Counted from the stretch's first letter, positions 12,345 through 26,737 are shown. The stretch is DNA of 64,000 nucleotides from Octopus vulgaris (GCA_951406725.2 OX597814.1:134788001-134852000); one strand, 5' to 3'. Translations and numbers: made by a program. The notes: generated from the sequence alone by a model not told the origin.

Positions 12345-15300
12345 TTAGTGACGTAAATAATAATCAATGGCTGTAGAAAATGCAGCAAAACCAAGTGCAC
12401 CAAATACTCCAGCTTTCAGACCAGCTGAAATTAAAAACAAATAATCAGATATCAGTAAAGCAAATATAAAACAATCATATAATAATACCAAATATAAATA
12501 AATGATTTTACAAATCAGTGTTTAAGCCAAAAATATCCTAATAACAAATCAGCAATCATACAGAACCGATAGCTCGTGCACAGATTAATGTTACATAATT
12601 CATTAAAAATAATGTTATCCACAGATATATAGCATGGATGGAAGCACTCCGTCAGTTACGACGACAAGGGTTCCGGTTGATCCAACCAATGGAACAGCCT
12701 GCTCGTGAAATTAACGTGTAAGTGGCTGAGCACTCCACAGACACGTGTACCCTTAACGTAGTTCTCGGGGATATTCAGCGTGACACAGAGAGTGACAAGG
12801 CTGGCCCTTTGAAATACAGGTACAACAGAAACAGGAAGTAAGAGTGAGAGAAAGTTGTGGTGAAAGAGTACAGCAGGGATCACCACCATCCCTGCCGGAG
12901 CCTCGTGGAGCTTTTTAGGTGTTTTCGCTCAATCAACACCCGGTTTGGGAATCGAAACCACGATCCTACGACTGCGAGTCCGCTGCCCTAACCACTGGGC
13001 CATTGCGCCTCCAGATATATAGCATATTCCAACAAGAACTGTGTTATATCAACAAGACAAAGACACATTTAATTACAAGGCATTCAACCAAAGAATTGGC
13101 TCCATTTCTATAAGCGGGAATAACTAAGTCCCACAGAATATTTCTGAGTTACTGTATCTTGTTAATATGAAATGAGCGATTAGTGACAATATTTGCAAAG
13201 AGATTAATATTAATAGATTTCTTTTGATGAATGTGGAAACATCAGTTTATGTATAGTGTTCATGGCAAATAGAATTTTTAAAATTAGTAAAATCACCTTT
13301 TCATTTATATTGGAAAGAAAAATTATCAATATGCAATAAGTACTTGGTTATTTAATATCATTTACAAAGGTATCAATATTTTAAATTATAGGTAGATAGC
13401 CCTGAGTGGAAGGGGAGGAAATTTATAGGTTTAGGACTATGGAAGCAAACACTGACACACGCATGTGCATGCACATGAACACACATAATTTCATATACAA
13501 GCTACACACAATCCAAACTATAAATAATGTGGAAAAAATACAAGGAATATAGTTTGTAACAAAGGAATCTGATCAGTCAAGGAATTGCTTAATTAATTAA
13601 TGAGTTAACTGAAAATAATAAAAGACAGTGCATGTTTTAATCGGCAATGTACAACAAAAAATAAAATCTAGAGTAAAGGTTCAATATGTATGTGTTAAGT
13701 ATATGTATCCACTGTATGCAGTACATCATTTGATGGAAAACATTCAAGTGAATGAGTAGTCAGTCTATTATATAGTGCTTATGTTTTCCGAATGAAAAGT
13801 TTTTAAAATAGTACAGAACAAAAGTGATTTGCTAACTATTGAATTAGATGTATCAAATTATTATTTATAAACTTATTTCTTTAACTGTTTTGATACCAAC
13901 CTGCCTGAGACTGCCCTTGGTTCTATGATACAAATTTCCTTTTGCAAATTGAGCTAAGTTGAAACCTTTATTCAAACTTTCATGTTTAAATACTTTCCAC
14001 ACACTAGCTTAATAATGACAGGAATTTTACAAAATTAATTGAAACAAAGGCAAAGTATTTCAACAGGAATATGGTAACAAAAGGGTTAAAGAGAAACATG
14101 ACAATTATAGTACATCCATGATGTATTAAAAAAACTACACCTCATTACAAACAAATATAATGAAAATTTAAAGAGTTATTAAAAAATTTACTGATAACTT
14201 ACCACGAAGTCCTAGTACACCCCCAACAATACCACCAGATAATGTACCATTTAGCAATTCTGTTTTGCCTCTGATCTATAGGAATAAAATATTTTCACTA
14301 AACTATATTCAGTCATTAGCATATGTAGAAAGAATATAAAAACATGAAATATTTTGAGTAAATGTAGTGAAATAATCTTAGGTTTTCTACAATTATTTTC
14401 TATCCATAAAATTTATTCTGATGCATTCAGTGAAGGTCCGGTGAAGAACTGGCCCCGTTTCTACAAAGTTAAGATATGCTGCTCATTATTAGTCAAAACC
14501 AGTCTATTTATGTTAAATATAGCATGGACAACAGACATTAAATGATAATAATGATGACATAAAAATAGACTGAAACACTTGCAGCAAATGTCATCAAATA
14601 TCACTAAATATCTACAAATACAGTCCCTGTAGGAATCACTGAGGGAGGCAGACACTATCAAATATTGAAACCACAAAGCAGATCTACAACTACAGGCCTT
14701 ATTGATGATACTGAAGTCTGGCTTGAGCTTGCAAAGTTGATAACACTGTGAGATATCATTTGATAACTGTGTGTAGAGCTAAGCATACACACACACATAT
14801 ATATATAAATATATATATATAATACAAAATAAGAAAATGGATAAATACACCTTAATCAATAATCAACTACCAGATAGTACCCAATCACATAATTTATTAA
14901 ACCACTACATATGAACATCAAGGTCAAACATAATAGTATAGAACAAAACAATGCACATCAATGAGTAATATGATACAATAAGTACAATATGTATAAGTGA
15001 ATATAAATAAATATAAATATAAACTACATCTTACAGCTGTTTCAGCCATATATATATATTACAATCATTTGATAAGCAATCAATGTGTAAACTGTTTATG
15101 AGTGGTTGAAACAAAGGTGTATGAACAGAATAAAAGTAATGTGAATGTAAATTTTATATAAGTTATTCAAATTCAAAATGGTAATAAAATATGAGAAAGT
15201 TGGCCACTCCACTAGCACTGTAATAATTTCTTAAAGATAGATAAGATTGAAAGAATCATTAAGTGTTAATACTAAAGGCTTGATGACAACAGCTACGAAA

Positions 15301-18300
15301 GTAAGGTATTAGAAGAGTAAAATAAAAACTAAAAGTTAGTGCAACTGAATCAGTAGCCATATACAATCTTCTTTTAAGGCTGTCTTTTTCTATGTAAACA
15401 CAAGTTCAGTGAACTAACTAGATTACTAATATAATTCTATATAGTTTGCAGCGTGGAAGGTGTTTATAAGCCATTTAAGAAACACACAAAAACCGTTAGA
15501 TTCACTTCAACATTTAAATTTAATTTTTCAAAATATTTTCATTGCTTTGAGACCATGACCTATATAGTTTCTTTAGTCTTTAAAAATGTAAACTAAAAAG
15601 AAACCCATGCACAGTTGAGGGGATGTGACATTTAAGAGACAGAACTGAAGTGAGATTAAGATTTTCAAATAATGTTGTAACATAAATAAACGAAGAAAAT
15701 TATGTTAACAATCATCATCATCATCATTATCATTTCACCACCATCATTTCAATGCCCAACTTTTCCATGTTTGCATAGGTCAGATGGAATTCATTGAAGC
15801 AGATTTTCTATGGTTAGATGCCCTTCCTGATGCCAATCTTCACCTGTTTCCAAGCAAGATAATATTTCCCCATGGACAGACATATTTTTCACAGAAATTC
15901 ATCACTTGTAAGATGGTGATGCTTAATTTACATCCATCACATGATGTCAAGACATGGGGCACACAAACACACACACAACAGACTTCTTTCAGTTTCTGTC
16001 AACCGGACCCACTCACAAGGCTCTGGTCAGCCTGGAGCTATAGTAGAAGACACTTGTTCAAGGTGCTGCCCAGTGGGACTAAACCCAAAACCACATAGTT
16101 GGGAAGCAAGCTTCTTAACCACATGGTCATGTCTGCACCTACAATCACTTATTTATTTATGGAATATAATCACTAGTGTAGAAGTAGGCTGAAGTAGAAC
16201 TGAGACATTAAATGAAACCTTTTACCAAAGTGAAAATAATAGAGTGAGATAATTCTGAAGTTCCATCCACCTAAACAAACATAGAAATGAAAATGATATA
16301 ACATCGTATGGCAATATATAAAACATACTTACTGTTTCTAAAGTGCATTCAGTACCTGCAAACATAGCACCAACCAATGCAAAGTTTTTTCCATATGAAA
16401 GTGTGCGTGCCTTCATTTCTTTTAGTACCAATTTAGTAGTTGGAGTCTCTGTGCTCATAGTTGACATTGGGTCAATACCAGCAGTAAATAGACCAAAAGC
16501 ACCACCAAGTGCAAAACCTTAGAAATGAAAAAAAAATGTCTCAATTACTTCTTTACTTTTGAATTTGTCATGAGACAGATGTAAAATACAAAAGAATTTA
16601 CATTAATAACAGACCAGATGCTGTGGTCTGATGAATAAATCTATGAAAAAGATATATGTGAATGATTCATGAAAACTGATTAGGCTCTGTAGAAAACTAA
16701 ATAATTCTTTCTACTAAAGGCACAAAGGCCTGAAATTATAAAGGTGGGAGCAGCTAGTCAATTGCATTAACCCCAGTAGTCAACTGGTACTTATTTTTGT
16801 TGAACCCGAAAAGGATGAAAGACAAAATCAACCTCTGCAGCATTGTAAACTCAGAATATAAAGTTGGAAGAAATGTTGCTAAGCATTTTGCCCAGTGTGC
16901 TAATGATTCTGCAATCATGCAGCCTTAGAAAATTAAATAATAAAGAGAATTAACAGTGCACTCTAAAATTCATGCAGATTTCCTCTAGAAATTTATACTT
17001 AACTCTTATCTCCTCTCTTAGTACTTAATGCTTTGAATCATGACCTTCTCTAAATATGAACTAAAAAGGGAGCCAGCCTTTACATGGTCACTCAACCTGC
17101 TTGAAATAATAACCTAATCTCTCTCAAATAATACCCTACGGTCTTAAAAAAAAGACACATTGGACTCTAGTATTTGATATACAAAAAGATGATTTGTATG
17201 AGATGATTTGGGCTTTAATGCTTTTAATAACAGATTTGTTCAATCAGAGCTTATCTGAGTCTAAATAACATCAACAACTTAAAACTCAGGCTCTGGTATC
17301 TTTTCAATACTATTAAACTAATCTCATCACCATCATCATCGTTTAACATCTGTGTTCATGCAAGCATAGATTGGATGGCTTGATAGGAGCTGGTAAGCCA
17401 GAGGAATGTACCAAGCTCCACAGTCTGCTCTGGCATGGTTTTTATGGCTTCATTGCTACCATTTCTATTTTGTTTAACAGTATCTAATCACAACATGTTG
17501 ATAACTGGAAACATCTAAAAGTTCATTACACTTGTCCATCTCTAGAGTCCATACATATTTACCTGAATAACTTTTGCTAACCTGCTAGCCTAAATCCACA
17601 GGAAAAGATTAATTTCAAAAACTAAATTTACACATGAATTTTTGTTACCCAAAGTTTCTTTGAATTTCAGTTCAAATTACCTCAATGTAAAATTGTGTTA
17701 TTTGCATAACTCAAGTGCACAGTTCTGGTACAGTCCAGCACTTATTCTACAGTACTGTTATAGAATTATGGATGCATGGTTTAATCTTTTTGACAAAGTC
17801 ACATTCATATCTGAACTCAAAAACAAACCAGCTTCTAGTCTTGGATATGATATGGCATATTGTCAAGAATCTAAGTGTGGGAAATGAAAGAAGTGAATTG
17901 ATAGCCCAAGTCATTAAGGTTGGGCATCCCATAATTATGAATTTTTTTTTGGAATCCAAGCCCAGTGGAGTCGCTACCAAATTTTGTCCTCTGGGACTGT
18001 GGATTCAAATCCAGTCATGTACACTTCTCTCTTAAATTAAGAAAAAAAAAAGGATACAGTACAGTGTATTAAAACATCATTATCATCATTGTTTAATGTC
18101 TGTTTTCCATGTTAGCATGGGTTTGATGGTTTGACTGAGGTCTGGAGAGCCAGTGGCTGCACCAGGCTCCAGTCTGATCTGGCAATGTTTCTGCAGCTGG
18201 ATGCCCTTCCTAATGCCAACCACTTCGAGAGTGTAGTAGGTGCTTTATAGGTGTCACCAGCACAGGAGCCAGTCAGTGGGTACTGGCATTGGCCACGTTC

Positions 18301-21300
18301 AGATGGTGCTTTTTACATGCCACCAGCACGGGATCCAGTCAGGGAACACTGGCATCAACCATGTTTGGATGATGCATTTTATGTGCCACCAGAACGGGAA
18401 CAAGCCAAGGGGCACTGGCCACAGCTACGATTTTGGTTTTACTTGACTCAACAGGTCTTCTCAAGCATATCATATCGCCTGATACATCAGAGGTACTCTT
18501 AAATGGGCCGGACATGCAACACTGGCATCGGCCATGGCTGCAATCTCACTTTAGTTGCTACGTCTTTTCAATCACAGCATATCTCCAAAGGTGTCGGTCT
18601 CCTGTCATTGCCTCTGTGAGGCTCAATGTTCGAAGGTCATGCTTCACCACCTCATCCCATGTCTTCCTGATTCTACCTCTTCCATAGGTTCCTTCCACAG
18701 GTAGGGAGTGGCACTTCCTCACACAGCTGTCTGCATCAACATGTAACAATTACCATACCAGTGCAGTCATCTCTCTTGCACGCCACATTTGATGCTTCTT
18801 ATACCCTATTATTCATTCAGGGCACTTACACTTTGTTGTGTATGCACACTGACATTATACATCCAGCGGATCATACTAGCTTCATTTCTTTCAAGCCTAC
18901 GCATGTCCTCGCAGTCATGGCCCATGTTTCATTGCTGTGTAGCATGGCAGCTCGCACACATGTATCATACAGTCTACCTTTCATCCTGAGCGTGAGGCCC
19001 TTAGTTCTTCACTGCACTCGTTGCCAACCTTCACCTTACTGACAGCACCCCTGTACAGGGCTTGTACAGCTTTTACCAACCACTCGTCTATATCCAGTTT
19101 CCGCATTGACCACCAGATAAAGGATCGGAGAACCCTGTCAAAAGCTTTCTCCTAGTCAACGAAAGCCAAGTACAGAAGTTTATCTTTAGCTAGATATTTC
19201 TCCTGCAGCTTCCTTACCAGAAATATAGCATCAGTGGTGCTTCTGCCTGGCACAAAACCAAACTGCATCTCATCTAGGCTAACTCTCTCCCTAATTAGTT
19301 GGGCTATGATCCTCTCTGTAACTTTCATCATCTGATCCAACAGTTTGATACCCCTGTAGTTATTTCTATTTAAAGCATCCCCTTTACCTTTGTAGCAGGT
19401 GATTATGGTGCTGCTACACCTGTCACTAGGTATGACTCCTTCATGAACTACCTGATTTACTATGTGGGTGACAAGACCATAACCCATACCGTCCAATATT
19501 TTAAGCATCTCAGCGGTGATTCCTGATGGGCCAGGTGCTTTCCCTGTTTTCATATCCTTAATTGCTTTATCTACCAGGGTACTGTCGATTTGTGTAGCTG
19601 GTCCCTCAATTGGGAAAGTTTTATCAACATAATCATACTTCAACAGAATGTTATAATAAATAGTGTCTGATTTTTGTTCCATAGTTGATATATTTTACTT
19701 CTTGATGAAAAGATAAAAATAAGAGATATGAAGAGTTGAAAAGTGTATAGCAAATAATACATATAATTTTCAAGTCTCTTTTCAGACTTCATCTTCATTA
19801 CTACCAATGTAGACTTCACAACATCTAAAGAATCAACTACATAAAAAAATATGATATAAAATTATGGAAGAAAATCCATGGGGTTGAGGTAAGCCAAAGA
19901 AGACTTGCAATTAGGTAATTTGAAATCACTTAATTGCAAGATTACATAATTTCAAATTACCTACATGAACCAAGAGGCAAAATTAGTGTCTCTGAAAAAT
20001 TACATAAAGCCAGTGATGATAATGATGATTAATAAATCAGAAGTATCTTTAAAAAATTCATCATTTTTATTTTCATTTGATTAATCTGGAGGAAAGGACC
20101 TTTGCAGGCCATCTGAAACCAGTAAAGCTGATGTAGTTATTGTTTCTTTTGAACAGTTGCAAATCAGCAGAAAAAAATGTGCAGGGAAGAAATTCCAGGG
20201 ACATAATATTCTGGGGGATGAGGTGAGAGGAAGACTGGGTCAAAAACAGGGATCAACATGAGTGATAAGAGGAGAGACAAGTTAGTTGGGCATGTTTGAG
20301 TGGAGACTGAAAGAGACCAACTAGTTTTGAGTAACAGAGGTTACTGTAGTAGCAAAGAGCAGAGAGAGCACATCTGTGAGATAGAGATATTGTATGTTGG
20401 TGAACAACTTCATATTAGTCAGACAAGTAACTTGTCTTTGGGTGCCGTCGAGGATATCTGTGTTTATATCAGCAACACTATCCCAATTGTGGGAGCAGTA
20501 TTCCATTGTAGGTGTCACCTGGACTTTGAAAAGGGTTTATAGTTGGAAGCTGAAGTATTTCCTAACTCTGAAGGTCAGTCTCTACTGTGTCGAGGATGTG
20601 CATTTGCCAGGAGATTCTCAGTAACTTGTAACAACCTTGAGGGTTCCAGCTGAATGCTGTTCATGTTTAGAGAAGGTGGGGGTGTGATAATATATTTTTA
20701 ATGAGTGTAGTGATTATGTCTTTGTGCTGTTGATGGAGCCATAACTGTTTTGAAGATTTCTGTTCATAGAGTCAGTGCAAATTTGGCATTTGGTGTGGAT
20801 CATGCTTAGGAGCAGAAAGTTAGAGAAGACTGAAGGGTGGCATCATCTGTGTAAGAGGAGGAGGTATTGTTGCTAGTGACAGCAAGTCAGTCATTGATAT
20901 AGAGATGGAAGATTTTCTGGCAGAAGTAAAATTAAAAACAGAAACCACTAATATTTGCAAATATAGTTCAATAGTTCATCAACAGAGCACGAAAGAATGA
21001 AATAAAGTCCAATCAAACAGCAAAGTTTGAGGAACAATGTCAATAAATAAACAGAAGATAAACTACATCAGAAATTGAGGAAAAAGTTGAAAAATGTAAC
21101 ATATCACTATTGATATGTAACCTAGCAAATCTTCTCAAATGTAAATCCATACCAAAGTATGCTTACAACAGCCCATCAAAAGTAATGACAGCATTGATCC
21201 AAGACATTCTTCCTCCTTCACCTTCAGCATATTGTTTTCTCATGGGAGCAGATGTGGCCGACAAGGTCAATACAAGATAGGCAGATCGTGTGGCACTGCA

Positions 21301-21940
21301 ATAAATTGCCTAAGAGAATTGTTTGCCCTAAAAGAAGCATACTAGATAACATTCAAATAAGCTGCATACACATGTTCAAACAAAACATTGTTTGTTCCTT
21401 CTTGAGCCATGCCTGGCTCATTAGGGCCGGTTTCCTGGTTTCCTTGGCGTATAGGTTCCCCACCTGGACGGGACACCGGTCCATCACAGATAAGCTGCAA
21501 GATGCAGGAGGAAAGAGTGAGAGAAAGTTGTGGTGAAAGAGTCAGGAGAGGTTCGCTCGAGCTGCGTAGAGCTTAGGTGTTTCACTCATAAACACACACA
21601 TCACCAGGTCTGAGATTCGAACCTGCGATCCCTCGACCGCGAGTCCGCTGCTCTAACCATACGCCTCCATCAAACAAAACATACTGCTTGATTATTAAAT
21701 ATGAAAATAAAATTACATTTACTCACCTAAAACACAGCTTATGCCTGATTTGAAAATACAACTTTCAAACATTCGGCTAATCATAATTTCTTCCTGTGGT
21801 CTAGTAAGTTGAGGTATTCCACCCAATGGAATAAACCTGTCATTTTGTTTCACTTTGTGATTGATGACATGATCAATAACAAAATTGAAATTGCTGATAT
21901 CATGCGAAGATGGTTCTTTGCTTATTTTAGTTTCATTCAT
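12345..21940 (-). CDS. TIMM22: Mitochondrial import inner membrane translocase subunit Tim22, 4 coding exons, 183 aa
   Basis: Exons 21727-21940 (MNETK...FESCIFKSGISCVLG), 16333-16517 (FALGGAFGLFTAGIDP...SYGKNFALVGAMFAGTECTLET), 14203-14275 (IRGKTELLNGTLSGGIVGGVLGLR), 12345-12424 (AGLKAGVFGALGFAAFSTAIDYYLRH*). All introns GT-AG with phases 1,0,1 consistent. Tim17/22/23 glycine-zipper helices and Tim22-typical Cys residues. Confidence 0.95.
12636..13012 (-). mobile_element. Young tRNA-derived SINE with 13-bp TSD in last TIM22 intron
   Basis: Minus-strand head GGAGGCGCAATGGCCCAGTGGTTAGGGCAGCGGACTCGCAGTCGTAGGATCGTGGTTTCGATTCC. TSD AGATATATAGCAT at 12623-12635 and 13013-13025. Confidence 0.92.
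13881..14089. mobile_element. TTAA-flanked MITE, second family
   Basis: TTAACTGTTTTGATACCA ... TGGTAACAAAAGGGTTAA imperfect TIRs. Confidence 0.6.
18076..19617 (-). mobile_element. Rearranged RTE-clade LINE fragment (RT + 3' end)
   Basis: ORF 19152-19682 has GKAPGPSGI, NYRGIKLL and QFGFVPGRSTTDAIF RT motifs. ORF 18558-18749 is the C-terminus. (ATG)n tail near 18076. Confidence 0.9.
20090..20900 (-). mobile_element. Degenerate non-LTR retrotransposon (CR1/Jockey-group RT C-terminus)
   Basis: ORF 20321-20518 PTMEYCSHNW...LDGTQRQ resembles the RPxMEYCSxxW...LDxxQxK motif. Confidence 0.6.
21400..21668 (-). mobile_element. tRNA-derived SINE related to 12636-13012
   Basis: Minus-strand head ...GGTTAGAGCAGCGGACTCGCGGTCGAGGGATCGCAGGTTCGAATC. 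Shared GAGTGAGAGAAAGTTGTGGTGAAAGAGT body. Confidence 0.85.
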
Positions 21941-23035
21941 TGTGATACAAGACACTTTTATTTTTATTCCATATATAAATAACAATCTGAAAAAAAAATT
22001 TAGAAACAGAATATAAATTATCAATTTTAATAAGTTACCAATAAATGATACAACACTTGGAAAGGTTTGGATTTATTGAGTAATTTTCTTTTTTGTATTC
22101 TTAAAATAATTTTCATTTATTTTACTGAAATTAATGAGTTAGGAGAAAGGTATTCAGTTCCACCACTCTATGTTTGGGAGTTCAAATGCTGCTTTATGAG
22201 ATAAAATACCAAAGCATAATCATTTAATTATAAACTTGTGATCTGGTGCCCCCAACATTTTAATTTTGATATGTGCATAATTTTCAATGCTATAGAGATA
22301 AAGTGCTTATTGTGGGTTAATTATGCACTAATATTGTTGTTTAGCTCTAGGTTCACATTGACTGGGAAAACTGATGATTAAAGGCATTCCAACCATAGCA
22401 TCCTCTACAGTTTTTGGAAGTATATAGGACAACATTACTTATCTAGTGTGTATACTTCCCTCTTTTTAAAGTGACGTAAATCTGAGGGAACACCCATTAG
22501 TTCATACCCATTGATGTATAATTCCAGGAAGTTTTACTGGAGTATGACTTAGTAGAAGCCCACAAGATTATCTACCATCAACAACTTTGGCTACTTTTTT
22601 AATTCAATATCGCTACCACTTGTGGACACGCATATAAAATGAAAATATACATACAACGAAAAAAATACTTATTCGAAGTAGTAGTTAAAAAGAATACTGT
22701 GCTTTTATGTTAAGATTAGCTGCTTTCACATGTGAAATTAGAAAAGTGGAAGAGATTAAACTAAATACAATTGGAAAAGTGATTTGGAAAGATGAAACTG
22801 TAATATTCTATAACGAAAGAATTGTCTATCTTTGCTGGACAATCATCAAAAGGTATTGTAACCTTTTACTACATATTTTCACTACACACTTTCTTTCGTT
22901 TTCAAGTCTTGAGAAGTATTGAAAGTTCCGCTGGGATCAACTTTGGCTTTTATCCTTCTCAGATCGATAAAACAAGTATTAGTTGTGTATTGGAATCTAT
23001 TTGAGCGACTATACCTCTAACTCTAAAATTGTGGC

Positions 23036-24100
23036 CTAGTGTCAAGATGGGTGTGAGGGATGACCTTTTAAACTGGTTGAAATCCTTCATCCTCAGCCGA
23101 AAGGAGGTAGTCACAGTTCTAGGGCAGCACTCTACACCATATGAGATGTCATCGGGTGTACCACAGGGATCTGTCCTTGGTCCCCTCTTCTTTGTGGCAT
23201 ACATTAATGACATAGATGCCAATTTAAAGAATGCCACAGTATTGAAATATGCAGACGACATCAAGCTGTACCTTGAAATCAAGAGGACAGATCCTGATGT
23301 CTACAACTCTTTCCTGCAATCAGACCTAGACACAATGCAGCAATGGATCACAGACTGGCAGTGGACAAGTGTACCACCATGCATTTTGGGAGAAAAAAAC
23401 CCTGCATCCACATACTCCCTCCACAACACTGATATCAAGAAATCCTCTTGCGAGCCTGACCTAGGCATCACTGTCAGCAGTGATTTGCGTTGGACAAAGC
23501 ATATCTCTAAAATTGTCAAGAAGGCCGAGGGTGTCTTGGCATCACTCAGCAAGACTTTTGTTAGCCGCTCTCCAGCCATCTATTTAAAACTGTATACAGC
23601 TATGGTACGACCACACTTGGAATTCGCATCATCAGTTTGGAACCCCTATCTTGCTCAGAACACTGACCTCCTGGAATCTCTCCAGAGACGTGCAACCAAA
23701 CGCATACCCTCCATCAGACACCTACCATATTCTGAGCGCCTTGTTTCCCTGGGCATGGATTCACTGAAGCTCCGGCGTCTGGCGACGGACTTGGTAAACA
23801 CCCACAAAGTTATCAACCACCTCACCAACAACAACACTGAACACCTTTTTGATCTCCATGTGTCTAACACACGTGGACATGCCTACAAAGTCAGAAAACA
23901 ACACAGCTCCCATGACTTTCGGAAACATTTTTCCACGCTCAGAGTTGCTGAAGCATGGAATAAACTGCCTGCGTCAGTTGTTGACTGCCTTTAAGGCCCT
24001 CATGCTTTCCGAAATCCGCCGAAACTACACCTGATTATATATACACTTTAGATGAGTTGTAGTGCACCTGAGCACTGTACACAATTATTATTATTATTAT
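23036..24100 (+). mobile_element. 5'-truncated CR1/L2-group LINE, RT C-terminal half
   Basis: ORF 23029-23994 has SGVPQGSVLGP, KYADD, VRPHLEFASSVWNP and TRGH...WNKLP. (ATT)n tail at about 24084-24100. Confidence 0.92.
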
Positions 24101-24599
24101 TTTAAATCAACGTTTTCATTACTGATGTTGTGGGTAGTAGAATAAGTAACTACTGGACAAAATTCTACGCATCTTTACATCCAAATCACGCTGGAAAAGA
24201 CCTTGCTTTTAATTCCTCTTAAGTGGATAAAATTAAAGTACCCAATAAGAATAAGACAGTGAGTGGTGGAAAATATTGGTAAAAATCTTCAAGTGGCCCA
24301 TTGACAAATATGATAAGGGAACGAATTGTCTTGACTAATAACATAGTGAATGAATCGTATATTAAGGTAGCGAATTACATTTGAATGTGTCTTTAGATAA
24401 TCGGAGAGAATAGCTTGCGGTATTTGTTCTGGCTCTCAGGGATCAGTGTTCACATTCCACCAAGGTCAACTTTGGTTTCAACCCTTCGGGACTAATAATT
24501 GAAATACTTTCAAGTTCGTGTGTCGATTTTTCTTCCTTGTCATGTCACACGTTAAACCGATGAATATAATTTTATTTAAGCATTAGGGTCTGAACAAGT

Positions 24600-24960
24600 G
24601 TGCTTTATATCATATTCCACACACAAAAATTCGCTGTATTAGGAAAAGAAGAAACGGCAAGATATAACGCGTTGCTTTTCTCAAGCTTGTTCAGCAAACA
24701 ACGAGTTTGAGGTACGGCGTTAGTTTCAATGAAATACCATGTGCACTTTAAACTACTTTACTTTTAAACGTCATAAATTTATATAAAGAGAATGTATAAA
24801 TACTTACAGTTAAAGATTTAATGGATAATACGGAATAATTACATTATGAACGAGTAAATTTCCTGATGATATAACATTTAAGCGTCTGACGCATGTTCTA
24901 AAGAGGAACCGACATTAAGGGATGAAGGCAAGGGAGATTACTGCTATTGACTTCGTTTTT
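24600..24960 (-). promoter_or_regulatory. Putative TIM22 promoter / non-coding first exon
   Basis: The ATG exon has a splice acceptor 46 nt upstream of the ATG (tttttttttcag at 21987). A good minus-strand donor ACT|GTAAGTA lies at 24807 within a locally CpG-richer stretch. Confidence 0.4.
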
Positions 24961-25825
24961 GAAAAGCAGTTTTTCTCAGCAATTTATTTTAATCTACTGT
25001 AGTGGTCACTCGAATTGCTAGAAATAACAGATAAATATTCCTTAAATTACATAGTACTTTCTTGGGAAGGAGAAGATACAGTGTATGGTGTTATCCTAGA
25101 TACGAAATGCCCGAGAGAGGGACGAGATGGTTATAGCTGGAATGATTTGACATCATTGGTTGACAAAGCCAAATATGTTGAGAGAAAAAGTTGGGTTATA
25201 AGAAGAATCATATGTAATTTGCAATAGAGAAGACCGCGCTGGTATGGACATGTGACGAGTATGGATGAAAATAATTGTATAAAAACGTAGTACTGATCAC
25301 TTAATATGAATTGAGCTTGGAGAGACAGATCCAGAAAGCTATAGGATAATATAGTGATGGGTGATCTTAGGACTTGGAGCCTCACAGAGGAGCTGATGTA
25401 GGTCCAAGATGGTCGGTGTATGCTTAGGAAAAATCCAGAGGTAAAATCCAGAGAAGTATTTTATACATATATACATTCAACTTAAAACTTTAATGGTAGG
25501 TAGGTGCGAGTTAAATGCAAATGAAGAGGAGGAGAAATGAGAGAAGTTTATGTCAAAAGAAACATTGAAATTGATAAGCAAGGCTAGGAGATCGTTAAGA
25601 CGATAAAAGTTATATTGCGCACTCAATGGAGCTAAATACTTGACATACAAATTACATACACGTAATCTTCTGTCCATCATGTATTCTTCGTATGCAATGT
25701 GCAAGAGCAATAAACGCTAAGTCTGTTTCCTCCGTTTACCTTCCTTTGATTTCAGTGCATCTCTTGTGTTTCCACAGCTTACACTGGATTACACTATATG
25801 GTATTTCTACTTATTTCTTTTCACT

Positions 25826-25952
25826 CTGGCAAATGTAAAACTATTGTCACAGAAAAACTATTGTTTTACCGTGAGAAAAGTTCTGTTGAAGTGTTAATTT
25901 AAATTTGGCTATGGTGGATCGAATCCACTTCATGCCTGCAAGATCCACTACA
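25826..25952 (-). mobile_element. LTR 5'-end fragment homologous to 27927-28529
   Basis: About 125 bp clearly similar to 28401-28529 (TCTGGCAAATGTAAAACT...ATCCACTTCAT...CACTACA), ending at a TA run. Confidence 0.75.
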
Positions 25953-25959
25953 TATATAT

Positions 25960-26673
25960 ACGTGAGGGGAAGTCAAAAATTATCCGCACTTTTGCCAAAA
26001 CTTCCTTTACATTGGCCGATTCGGCGGCGGTCTGCATCAAGGGGAAAACAGACCATTGCTCCGATTTCTCTGGTTTGAAGGTGTGTCAGGGTTGAAATTC
26101 ACCGCAAGCTACAGTACAATTCGGGAACAGTGGCTCTATGTTAATGAGTGGATTGGGGGCGAAAAAAAATTCAAGGCTCGACCTGCTGCAGAAAAAGTGC
26201 TGCTACCTGTTTTTAGTGGATGCAGAAGGGCCTATCCTGAAACATTACCTGGAAAATGGGTCTACAGTTACCAGTAAAGGTTACAGGGAAATACTGACCA
26301 ACAAACTGAAACTAGTAATTCACACCAAACGCTAAGGTCTACTGTCAAAGTAAGTGTTTTTGTTGCTTGACAACGCACATCCCCATATGGCTGCCCACAC
26401 CTTTGAAACTATTACAAAACTGGGTTTCGATTTGCTAGAACACACTGCATACAATTTAGATCTTGTCCCTTCCTACTATTACCTCTTTGGAATGCTGAAA
26501 CATCTTTTACAAGGTAGTTGATTAGGTATGGATGAAGAAGTGCATAAATGATTGCACAACGAGCTGCAAACATTCTTCTCTGATGGAATAAGCAAGCATG
26601 TGGACTGTTCTCCGCTTTTGTTTTAATAAATTACTGAAACAAGAGTGCATGCAATTTTTGACTGGTCCTCGTG
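25960..26673 (+). mobile_element. Mariner transposon fossil (internally deleted)
   Basis: TIR-like CGTGAGGGGAAGTCAAAAATTATCCGCACT / AGTGCATGCAATTTTTGACTGGTCCTCGT. Fragments KKFK...KV, LLDNAHPH and AYNLDLVPSYYYLF correspond to mariner HDNARPH/YSPDLAPSDYHLF. Confidence 0.85.
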
Positions 26674-26737
26674 TGCATGTGTGTGTGTGTGCAAATTAGC
26701 TAGTTATAAAATCTCTATAAGACATGAAAGTAACAAT

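Noticed and set aside
12940-13012. tRNA gene
   Set aside because: The tRNA-like head is continuous with a SINE body and flanked by a TSD. The same SINE-head interpretation applies to 1687-1755, 21600-21668 and 29014-29100.
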